From contig NIVC01000556.1 of NCBI GenBank assembly GCA_002269645.1, positions 186,001 through 250,000 on the forward strand: a stretch of DNA of 64,000 nt. Direction: 5' to 3'. This stretch comes from Macrostomum lignano (Eukaryota). A program made the translations under genes and the position numbers. Positions 30,901 to 41,621 of this stretch are shown in pieces. The notes under the pieces were generated by a model. That model was given only the letters and a program-made list of their open reading frames with translations. It ran no database searches and was not told the DNA's origin. Positions within the stretch are counted from its first letter, which is position 1. The number at the start of each line of letters is the position of its first letter.

Positions 30901-31146
30901 TTCATTTCCTTTTAGATGAGTTCAGTTCCTTTTAGATGAGTTCATTTTCTCCTAGATAAGTCATCTTCACATCAGAGGAGCATACTGAAGCCAGTCTACC
31001 TGTAGGTACTTACAGAACAACTTATTACAGAATATTCAATCAAATTCTCACGAATTTCAGGCCTAGCAATGGCCGGCATGATGCACAGAGGCTTCGGCAG
31101 CTGGAGCAGCTTCAGCAGTTTCAGCTCCTGCGGCTCTTGGGACTGA
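27944..31146 (+). CDS. 166-aa Q/P/Y-rich low-complexity protein with N-terminal MGC acylation motif, 3 exons
   Basis: Exons 27944-27968, 28482-28871, 31061-31146; both introns GT-AG phase 1; 501 nt. Protein MGCGASKPR...(YPPQQ)x4...HQRGHRRRGHNNDMALMAGAAMVGGVGGLAMAGMMHRGFGSWSSFSSFSSCGSWD*. Confidence 0.85.
29140..30965. repeat. 20-bp minisatellite (AGATGAGTTCATTTCCTCTC), about 90 copies
   Basis: 20-nt periodicity within intron 2 of the 166-aa gene. Confidence 0.97.
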
Positions 31147-31399
31147 ATTGCTATATCAATGATTTTTTGTTAAAATTTAGTCGGGATCAGTAAAAGCAGA
31201 TCTAATAGTCAGTTTTGTAGTTATAACAAACTTGCCTTACTCTCAACAGCTTAATGTAATAGAAACAAGTCAAGTGTTGTATTGATTGTGCGCAAAGTTA
31301 TTTTATAAGCTACCTAAGTTGGATTTTACTAGCAGAATAGTATATTTGTTCATTTTTATATACAGTTTATATTGGTGACATTAGCAATAAGGTTTCAGG

Positions 31400-31902
31400 C
31401 AGGGGCGTCGCCAACGGCGGGGGTCAGGTTGGACATCTCCTCCCCCCCGTAAAACATCTGGGGGACATGCCAATGCTTCGTCCTCCCACCCACCTTGTGA
31501 CCCGTTATGGAGAGCAAACTTTTGCTGCAGGGCGACAAAACAGTGCTTGCGGCGCTAAAATGAGTGCTTGCGGCGCTAAAATGAGTGCCTGCGGCGCTAA
31601 AATCAGTGCCTTCGGCGCTAAAATCAGTGCCTGCGGCGCTAAAATGAGTGCTTGCGGCGCTGAAATGAGTGCCTTCGGCGCTAAAATGAGTGCCTGTGGC
31701 GCTAAAATCAGTGCCTGTGGTGCTAAAATGAGTGCCTGCGGCGCTAAAATCAGTGCCTCCAGCACTGAATTGAGTGCTGACAACACCGATTCTGACAATA
31801 ATGTACATGTAAGAATTTAGTCATGTACATGTACATGTACGAGCTATAATTATTGGCTTTGTCCCCCAGCCCCCCACCATAAAATCCATGGCGACGCCCC
31901 TG
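31400..31902. mobile_element. hAT-type MITE containing an internal 21-bp array
   Basis: 14-bp TIR CAGGGGCGTCGCCA / TGGCGACGCCCCTG; perfect TSD GTTTCAGG; internal (AAATGAGTGCCTGCGGCGCTA)n at about 31545-31770. Confidence 0.93.
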
Positions 31903-34900
31903 GTTTCAGGACAAAGTCGTCCTGAAATTTTACCAAAATTCATTGGAGTTAACATGCATAAAATAATTAGAAAGGCGTCGTTGTCCAATTTATTACAAAA
32001 GATCAACAGACCGGTAACTAACGAATTATTATTGCATCGCTGTTGTTCATTGCGTCAATTGCTATACTTTTTATCTCCGAGCACCTGCAGCTGTACCCCT
32101 ATATAAAAGATTTATTTCTGCACGGCTGCACCACAAAGTGTTTTTATTCTGCAAGTGAGTCATTTTGCCTCAATTTACCCTATATTTTGTTTTGGGTAAA
32201 ATTGTGAATTTTTCCTACACTGTATTTCAAGCAAGACTTATCAGCGCCGAAACTTACAATATAAAAGTGTGTGTTGTTTTAGATTTAATTATTAGTTGAT
32301 TGAATTATGCATGTAGCTATGTGTATTATTAAGTTATAGATTTCTCTAAATTAACTATTGACTTACCTCAACTGTTTATGTTCACAATAGTTTACAGTTA
32401 AACAGAAGATTAATAACTATTGGTTGAAACCAGTCTGTCCTAGTCTATGGTCTTTTTTGAAACTATTATAATAAAGACAAATAATTTTTGTTTTTTTTTG
32501 TTTAAAACCAAGCACTACATAGTATACTTTTCTGTCATAGTTTAAGATAAAAGAATGATACAAATTCTACACAAAACCTCGAATTGTTTTTTTCTTTGCA
32601 ACTGATCAAGTCTGTAAATATTAGGTTACATGTACATGTATATCCGTCCAAACTCGTTCTTTTTTAAAGTTATTTAATTATTTTTTGTTTTTCTGAGCCG
32701 CCCAGATTAAATGTTTCATTCCCTACAGACAGTAAGCGCCACTGTAATATTCTTTCGCGATTGTTATTGTTATACTCTTTTCTCTTTTTATTTCGCTATT
32801 TTCAGCTTTTGATTTCGTTTTCATGTACACTAATTGTTTTCTAGCTGATCACTGGTTGTGATAAAAAATTATGTAACTTCTTTGTGACACATGTAAATCC
32901 TAAGCTCGCATTATTTATGTTTATGGATCCGGTCGTAAAATATGTGTTTATCCTGATTCTTACTACCTGTATTTAACTTCTATTTATTTTAAACAGCTCC
33001 ATACATATCCTATTAAAACTGATAAATGAATCCACATTCCTTCTAGTTTATTGATCTTTTTTATCAGATATTGATCGTTAATCTTTAAAGCTTAATTGAT
33101 ACTCGTATCTTTTATGTGCGGACTGCACTGACCAAAGCTATAAAATATTTTTCTTGTTACTATTCTTTAATATCTTGTGTTTGTAATTGACTTTTCGTTT
33201 TTTATGGCAAACGCATATTTTTATAACTGTCGATATGCATAACAGATCAGATCTATATTTTGTTATCGTGTCAATATTTAGTTCTTATATATACACAAAA
33301 CTGTAATACAGATCCTGCAAATGAGGTTTTTGCCAGAAGATTTGCCGCTTTTGTTCTTTTTTGTAATTGCATGTCTTATCCACATAATATTTTAAACGGA
33401 ATTATTGCAAATGTCCTGGGAGATCCAGGTCTTTCTTTTAGAAACCAATTATAGCAGCCAATAGACGGAGCATTCTATATTATTAGCACTCTACTCGTCA
33501 TGCCAAAAAATATAACTACATGTAAGTTGCGGTATACATGTATACATAAAAGCCCAGAAAGAAACACTGCGCATGTATTCTAAATTCCTAAACAGAAGAA
33601 ATGTTTCGTAAGGATCATAGAAAACCAACAATAAATTTACATATACATGCACAATGTAAAGTAACGCGACTCGCAGTCACAATCACAAAAAAATACAGCC
33701 TGCAGTCCAGGACGGCCAAAGATATCAGGCGCGCGCATATATTCGAGCTGAACCATAGCCGGAAAACATCGCATACAATTACCCGTAATTATATCTTCTT
33801 GTAAAAGAAATGTAGGACGCAACTTACATAAAGTTCCAAACAGTTAAATCTGTTTGTGTCACGTGCATGTGTTCGGTTGAATTCTGGCCTAAGAAATATG
33901 CAGTCCAATTGGTATACATGTACCAAAAAGTTAAATAATTTACATGATATGTAACTGCACTATTAGCAAGGTCAAATCTAAAAATAATTAATCATGTAGA
34001 GAATTTTAATTAAAATTTTACAATTTAGTAATATCGATCTGCTAAAATGTATGATCTTACCCGCCTGTCGCGGGTAATTTAAACTGACACTTTTTACTTT
34101 GTGCGAAATTTTAAAGACCATTAAAACAAATAAAATAGTTTTCTTAAATTCATCGCCTTATTAAAAATAGGATAATCTTTATGCACATTTTTCTGTGAAA
34201 ATATACGCGTAAAGATGGTATAAAGCTGAGAAAACTCTTAACAGACTTTTTAACGTTACTCCGTAACGAAATAACATTTCCGACTGCTTTTAACAGCATT
34301 TGATTTCCATATTTGGGTCTTTATGTTCCAACCTGACGTATTTGTTTTTTTCACAAATCTTTCAAATTTTGATAGGCCTATTTAATATTAATGCATGTTT
34401 AATGTCGCGAATTACGACTAGTCATATACTTAGACAGGGCTAAAATGTCTCGTACTCAGCCTTAGTTTTTTAATTTCTATTTATGGCTTGTAGGCCTAAG
34501 CTTAGGCGGAATTAGGAATAGGTCAGCTATAATAACTTAAGGATACTTTCCTCCCCTACCAATGCCGAACCGAACTATAAGCTAGGCCCAAACCAAACAA
34601 ACACATGCTTAATTCAATAGTAATAATGTATACAGTATAGAGTCATAGACTATAGTATAGATTATAGATATAGAGCAAGATATCTAGAGCTAACTGTACA
34701 GCGCCAGCGGTACTATGCATAGGCCCCCCCCTATATATTAGCCATAGTTCTAATTATATATTTGGCCTAGGGCCTAGGCCTAGTGTATGCCAGGTCCAGT
34801 AGGGGAAAGTATAGGACTTAGACACTTAGTTTGTATGCCAGAAATAAATAATGTTTTTGTTTTCATACCAAATTTATATGCTTTTAATTTATTTTAAGAT

Positions 34901-35219
34901 ATGTATCTTTTTAGTTTTGCTTTTCATTTGAAATCTATTCTATTAATTGTTCATGCAGACTAACAAAAAAGTAAAAAATTATGCTCTTTTGTGATATCAG
35001 CATGTATAACTTAGACTAGACTCTAGATAATAGTATATATTTATTATTTACATAGGAAATTTCTAATATAAAAGATGACTTGGAGTATATTATTAGTAGT
35101 AAAGCCTATACAAACTTAGCAATGCTAAATATAGCATAAATATAATAGGCCTAAGCATAAGCCTAGCCTAGCATAGTTAATATACAAAGCTAGGTAGGCA
35201 CTTAATGTGCCTATAACAG

Positions 35220-37085
35220 TTTTTATTCCTGTTATCTTCTGCTTACAAATTAGAATGACTTTCAAACACACCTGGCCTTTGAAGGCCCTATTATAAGTGT
35301 GAGGCTCACATCTTTGAACTAAATTTTTCTCTGTGCCAAAAATTTATTCAAGGTGGTATATTTCATAGTCAAGCAAGCAAACTGGTTTAGTTGACAAAAT
35401 GAAGAGCAATGCATAGTTTGAGTAGGGCAGGGTTATCGCTTGAGCAGTTTTCTCTGTCCCATTATTAGGCAACCATATCACCCTCCCTCCAAAGCATTGC
35501 TACAAGTCTATTGTCATATATTTGCAGGCTACTAGCTTAGCCTTCAAACCTTAGCTTTGTTATCTGCTCTTTAGTGAAGAGCTGGTCTGGCTGGATAGTA
35601 CTAGTTAAGAGTTAAGATGAGGAGGCCATTGTTTTTTTCACTTCAATGTAAGCACAATTCCAATGCTTACATATCTTCCCCTTTTTGGAGACTGACACTT
35701 GTGTTAGTCTGACATAAAAGTGTTGCTTCTTCTTGATGTGACTTCATCCTTGTAATAAGCAGCTTTATACTTGAACTTGTCACTTGTTTTTCTGGCTGAG
35801 CTAGTTAGTCAGCTGATTGGTTGTGCATTGTTGTTGAGTCAGTTTGGGCTAGTTGTGTTTGCTAGAAGTTACAAACTAGCAAGTCCCTTCTATTCAAAGT
35901 ACAGTTTGTATTTGTGTTTTTCATGGGGCTCTTTCCCCCGAAGTAGTTGTTCATAGTTTACTCAATTTTCAATTTGTGGATATCTTGAAATACAATTGCT
36001 GTAGAACTCTATTAGGCTTGCTTGGTTGCATGTCTAGTTTTGCATCAGGCAATGTTACTAATTGAGTTTAAATTTTTACTTGTTCAATTGATCTGTTTTG
36101 TATGCCAAGTTGTAAGCCAAAAATTTGAAGAAATGGCTGTCAGATATTGTGTTTGATCTAAAGTTTCGCCTTGACTAACTAAACACTACGCATATAGAAA
36201 ATAAATAGGTTTTGCACTGATATGTCTTGGAAGGCCATTTAACACATTAAGTAGAGTGGCCGCTGCACATTTATAATTGCTTGATGCGTCACAGTTGCAT
36301 CTTAATGTTGTTAAGCATACCAAATCAATAATTGTCTCTTGGCTCTCTGGAGAATCTCAGTTGGTTAAGGACATTAATTACATTGGGCCTCCAATTTCTG
36401 ATGATGTTAAAACATGTTGCAGCTTGGTCTTCTGGCTTGCTTGATGAGATGACTCGTTGACTTCACACAACCTTGATCAAGCATGTTCTTTTTGACCTAT
36501 GGTAGGATTATGCTATCTAGCAGTGGAGAAGGCTTGTTGCATTTAACCTAGTCAAGTTGGCGGGACTAGGTGACTCACTCTCAGGGAACCAGATATAAGA
36601 GTTTTTATTCCTGTTATCTTCTGCTCACAAGTCAGAGACTTTCAAACTCATTTGGCCTCTGAGGGCCCTGTTATAAGTATAAGGCTCACATCTCCAAATC
36701 TTTCTCTGTGCCACAAATTTATTCAAGGCAGTAGTGTATTTTATAGTCAAGCAAGCAAACTGGTTTAGTTGACAAAATAAAGAGCAATGCATAGTTTGAG
36801 CAAGGCAAGGTTATCAATTGAGCAGTTTTCCTTGTCCCATTATTGTTAGGCAACCATATCACCCTCCCCCAAAGCATTGCTACGAGTCTATTGTGTCACG
36901 CATTTGCAGGCTGCTGGCTTGGCCTTCGAACCAGCTTTGTTATCTGCCCTTTAGTATAGAGCTGGTCTGGCTAGATAGCACCAGTCGAGACAAGGAGGCC
37001 GTTGTTTTTTTGCTTCGATGTAAGCACAATTCCAGTGTTTACAGTGCCTTCTTAGCATATAGAGATAACCAAGATAGCAGTTAAG
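35220..37085 (-). mobile_element. Decayed non-LTR retrotransposon fragment with an internal duplication of about 480 bp
   Basis: 35220-35700 is a diverged direct copy of 36600-37085. Minus-strand translation gives broken RT-like bits (PLYLMC*MAF, VSQGETL) with many stops. Class assignment is tentative. Confidence 0.4.
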
Positions 37086-37912
37086 ACCAAGTTCTAAGTT
37101 CCAATCAATGTACCTACTACATAATACACAATTAAAGTTTCTATATGCATAATTAGAATACATGTAGCTAAATTTTGATCAAAAAATATTTCTCAAAAAT
37201 TATTGTAAAACTAAATTAAAAAATTGCATTGAACTTTTTAGAGTTAAAAATAAAAATAAAAAATAAAATAAACTAGTTCTTTATACTTTAGTGAAATGTA
37301 AACAAATTTCTATTTACTTATTTTTGCAAAAATAAAAAAATCATAAGCTTACAATTTAGTTTGTTATTTTTTGTTTTTTGTCTTTGTGTATTCTTGTATA
37401 CAATATAAACCCATTGGAATCTAATATACTAAAAATGAAAACTTCCTATATACTAAAAATGAGTTGTGTGTCTCTGTGAGATAGATTTCAGAAAATGGCT
37501 CAACCAATTTTCTTCAAACTTGTACCATTTGATCAGAAATTTTCCTAGGATGGTGCATGCATCTTGGCTAAGAAATAGCTCAATGTTAAAGGGATTAAAT
37601 ATTCAAAAAAACATGCTTTTTTTGCAAAGGTCAAGAAAAATTTTTGACTTGAAATGCATTGTAAGAATGCTAAAGAAAAATCGACTGACTGAATTTCAAT
37701 TATAATAAAGATTGCATCACAAAAAGTTGAAAACAGTTTCGAAAAAATGCACATATGACTTGATTGAGATTGTGTAACCTTATTGCTATCTTGAATTGAG
37801 ACTGATATTGGCTGACTGAGAAATTGATTGTGTCATAAATTTTTACTCTAATTGACTTGCTGTAAGAATTGAATTATAAGGGCCACAATTCACGTTCTCC
37901 AATTGAAAAGAG

Positions 37913-37975
37913 ATAGCCTAGATGCAAACAGACTGGACTGCTAATGTAGCGACCTGGGTTCAAATCTTAGTAGTG
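37913..37975 (+). pseudogene. Degenerate tRNA-like sequence or SINE head
   Basis: A-box-like TAGCCTAGATG and B-box-like GGGTTCAAATC at tRNA spacing; acceptor stem not recoverable. Confidence 0.4.
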
Positions 37976-38029
37976 CAAAATAATTTTTTATTAAAACACC
38001 TTAAAAAACAAAATGCTAAACATAAAAAA

Positions 38030-38715
38030 GCACAATGTCAAACATAAAAGTGGCACCATGTCAAACATTATAGAGCCACCATGTCAAACATAAAAGAGCC
38101 ACCATATTAGATATGAAAGAGCTACCCTGTAAGACATAAAAGAGCCACCATATTAAACATAAAAGAGCTACCATGTTAAACATAAAAGAGCCACCATGTC
38201 AAACATAACAAAGACACCATTTCAAATGTAAAAGGGCCGCCATGGCAAACATTAAAGAGCTACCATGTCAAACATTAAAGAGCTACCATGTCAAACATAG
38301 AAGAGACACCGTTTCAAACATAAAAAGAAGTGTCATGCTAAACAAAATGAAGCCACTATAAAGCTAAGGAAATTGTTGCACTAGCTACTTGTTCTCTGGT
38401 GGATGCTTGCTATTTAAGGATGGATACTTGCTATTAGGAGGATTCCCAAGAGCCACCATGTCAAACATTAAAGAGCCACCATGCCAAACATAAAAGAGCC
38501 ACCTTGTTAGATATAAAAGAGCCACCATGTCAGACATTAAAGAGCCACCATGTCAAACAAAAGAGCCACCAATCCCACAAATCCAAACATAAAAGAGCCA
38601 CCATGTCAAACATTAAAGAGCCACCATGTTAAACATTAAAGAACCACCTTGTCAGATATAAAAGAGGCACCATGTCAGACATTAAAGAGCCACCACGTCA
38701 AAAATTAAAGAGCCC
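38030..38715. repeat. Degenerate ~23-bp array (AAAGAGCCACCATGTCAAACATT)
   Basis: Recurring motif in two blocks. Confidence 0.85.
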
Positions 38716-38717
38716 CC

Positions 38718-39775
38718 TGATATGCTTGCTATTGGGGGATACTTGCTATCTGGGGGATACTTGCTATCAGGGGGATGCTTGCTATCAGAGGGATGCTTGC
38801 AACTAGGGTAACTTGCTATTGGGAGATGCTTGCTCTTGGGGGGGGGGGTGGAGTGTACTTGCTATCTGAGAGGGGGTTGCTAGATATCTATAAGGTCTCT
38901 TTGTATCCAGATTATGCTTGCTATCTGGGGGATTCTTGCTATCTAAGGTTGCTTGCTATTGGGAATATGCTTGCTATCTGGGGTCTGGGGGTTGCTTGCT
39001 ATCAGGAGGATGCTTGCTATTGGGGGGGGGGGTTGCTTGCTATTGGGGGGGGGGTGCTTGCTATCAGAGGGATGCTTGCTATGTGAGGGATGCTTGATAT
39101 CTGAGGGATGCTTGATATCTGAGGGATGCTTGCTATTGGGGGGATGCTTGCTATCAGAAGGATGCTTGCAACTAGGGTAACTTGCTATTGGGAGATTCTT
39201 GCTCTTGGGGGGGGGGGTGGAGTGTACTTGCTATCTGAGAGGGGGTTGCTAGATATCTATAAGGTCTCTTTGTATCCAGGTTATGCTTGCTATCTGGGGG
39301 ATTCTTGCTATCTGGGGGATGCTTGCTATCTAAGGTTGCTTGCTATTGGGAATATGCTTGCTATCTGGGGGATGCTTACTATCTGGGGTCTGGGGATTGC
39401 TTGCTATCAGGAGGATGCTTGCTATTGGGGGGATGCTTGCTATCTGGGAGATGCTTGCTATCTAGGGGATGCTTGCTATCTGGGGTCTGGGGGTTCCTTG
39501 CTATTGGTGGGATGCTTGCTATCTGGGAGATCTTTGCTATCTGGGGTCTGGGGGTTGCTTGCTATCGGGGGGATGCTTGCTATCTGGGGGATGCTTGCTA
39601 TCTGGGGTCTGGAGGTTGCTTGCTATCAGGGGGATGCTTGCTATCTGGGGGATGCTTGCTATCTGGGGTCTGGAGGTTGCTTGCTATTGGGGGGATGCTT
39701 GCTATCTGGGGGATGCTTGCTATCTAGGGGATGCTTATAGTCTGGAGAATGCTCTGCTTGAATGCTGTCTGGGAA
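38718..39775. repeat. Degenerate ~20-bp array (GATGCTTGCTATCTGGGGG) with an internal duplication of about 370 bp
   Basis: Recurring gcttgctat motif; block starting about 38790 is repeated at about 39160. Confidence 0.88.
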
Positions 39776-40606
39776 TGCTTGCAATCTTGGGATGTTTTGT
39801 TTTTAGATGGAATGTCTGTTGTTTTTTATGAAGGCTTTATTTTGCTGTCTATTTGTTATTTGTAAAGAACAAGGATTTTATCCAGATGTCCCCCATCGGG
39901 GACAAAGATTGCTAGTATAGGAGCTAAGGAAGAAAATTTTATTCTGCTATATACTAGGCCTAGTTACTAGTATATAATTCTAACACTAGCAGCCTTCAAT
40001 CTTGAATTTTGATATTTCACCTTGAAATTAAAAAAGTAGGTGCAGTTTAGATGCAGTCTCTCAATCTATTTTCCTTTTAAAAGCCTCATTTGCATTGCTT
40101 TAAAATAAGATCTTGTCTTTTCTCCTATTAATAGCAATAGCAAATATATATCAGAATATATATAGATATAAAAAATATATGGTCTTATACATAGCCATTT
40201 CCCTAGCTATAGTGAAATACTAGTCTAGTATATAGTACAAAAAATTAAATTCAAACTAGCTCTTGAACTTGGTTTTAGAAAATAATAGGCCTAGGGTCAA
40301 TTTTTTGCTAATTTGAGCTAAAATTATTATTATATATACAAAAATATAAGTTTTTAGCTTTTTATCTAATGTGATTAGTTCTTCATTGAAATGGAAAGAT
40401 TTATTGGCCAAAGTTTGATACCAATAGAAATAGGTGATGAATAACATATTGTTTTATCTAATTTATAGCCCTAATATTATTCAATATACAAGGGAATTAC
40501 AAAAGTAAACATACTGTTTACTATAAACAGTATGTTTTTTTCATAAATTAAAGTTTCATCTACATTCTCTTTCAAGGTTATTTTATTAAAGCATTAAATT
40601 TCATGG

Positions 40607-40893
40607 CATACATGCGCAACCTCCAAAATTTGATCAGCTGTGCAATTTAGTTTTAACAAAAAATGTAGTTTTAGGCCAAGAAATGTGACTTACATGTAAA
40701 AGACACCCTAAAGCAAAATAAATGCAACTTTGGGTAGAAAGCAGGAGTAACTATGATTGTCTTTTTAGGGCAAAATGTCTCATTATCTACTTCTAGTACT
40801 ATTTGGATATTTATTTGGGTGGGCATTTTTGCAACTGACCTTGGTTGGCTGCCAAATCAATTGGCCAGACTGGCCGACTATTGTGCATGTATG
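40607..40893 (+). mobile_element. hAT-type MITE family A, copy 3
   Basis: TIR CATACATGCGCAAC...TTGTGCATGTATG; decayed TSD tttcatgg / tttcacag. Confidence 0.85.
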
Positions 40894-41301
40894 TTTCACA
40901 GCATACTATATTATGTACCTGCCAAAAGTTGAGTACTAGAAAAGTATATTCAAGAAATTTAATACAATTTCAATTTTTACACTTTTTGTTGATGTAGACA
41001 AAATGGTATGTGCTTATGTTTGGTATCAAAAATTATTTTAGGTTTGCTTGATGAATGGTATTCAAGTCAGCTAATAAGTGAATAACTTATTGAATCAATA
41101 TTTTTTGCTTTTTTTTGCTTTAATAGAAAGGTGCATGCATGCATTTAGGCCATAGACAAAAGTCATAGACAAAAGCCATAGGCTTCTTAAATCATGTTAT
41201 GTTAGAAAATTCTTGGTTACAGTTTTGCAATGCTCATAACTTTGGGAGGCACATGGTATTGCTATGAAATTTTATGCTTCAAAAATGAAAGAGAGAAGGG
41301 G

Positions 41302-41621
41302 GGGCCACAGCCCATCAGTAGTGCAGCTGCTCTGGTGTGCCAGCAACTCAGGCTCGATTCCAAGTGCAGTCACATTAATTTGGGGCTAAATTGGAATCTC
41401 GGCTTGGCTCTGCTCATACAATTAATGGCCTTGAGAGCCAACCCCCCCCCCCCCAAGGCGCAGTGAAGTGTACATGCCTAACAATAAATAAAGTTAGGGC
41501 CGCTGTGCACTCCTGTGTGAGCGTGTCCTGCGTACATATCCGCACGCTTGTATGCCTGCTCAGGGGAGTTGGCGGAATGGGCAGTAATGCCTCTCGCCGG
41601 TTGTGTGCCTATGTCGCTTAA
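41302..41621 (+). mobile_element. tRNA-derived SINE family B, 5' part (split by piggyBac; 3' part at 44177-44225)
   Basis: GGGCCACAGCC head, B-box GGCTCGATTCC; body shared with 50610-50795, 54708-54890 and 58552-58637. Confidence 0.75.

Noticed and set aside
33500-33835. Short inverted repeat CATGTAAGTTGCG / CGCAACTTACAT suggesting a MITE
   Set aside because: No target-site duplication and no second copy in the window.
38775-39831. Cys/Gly/Leu-rich ORFs (GDACYL repeats)
   Set aside because: Degenerate 20-bp array, open in all three frames.
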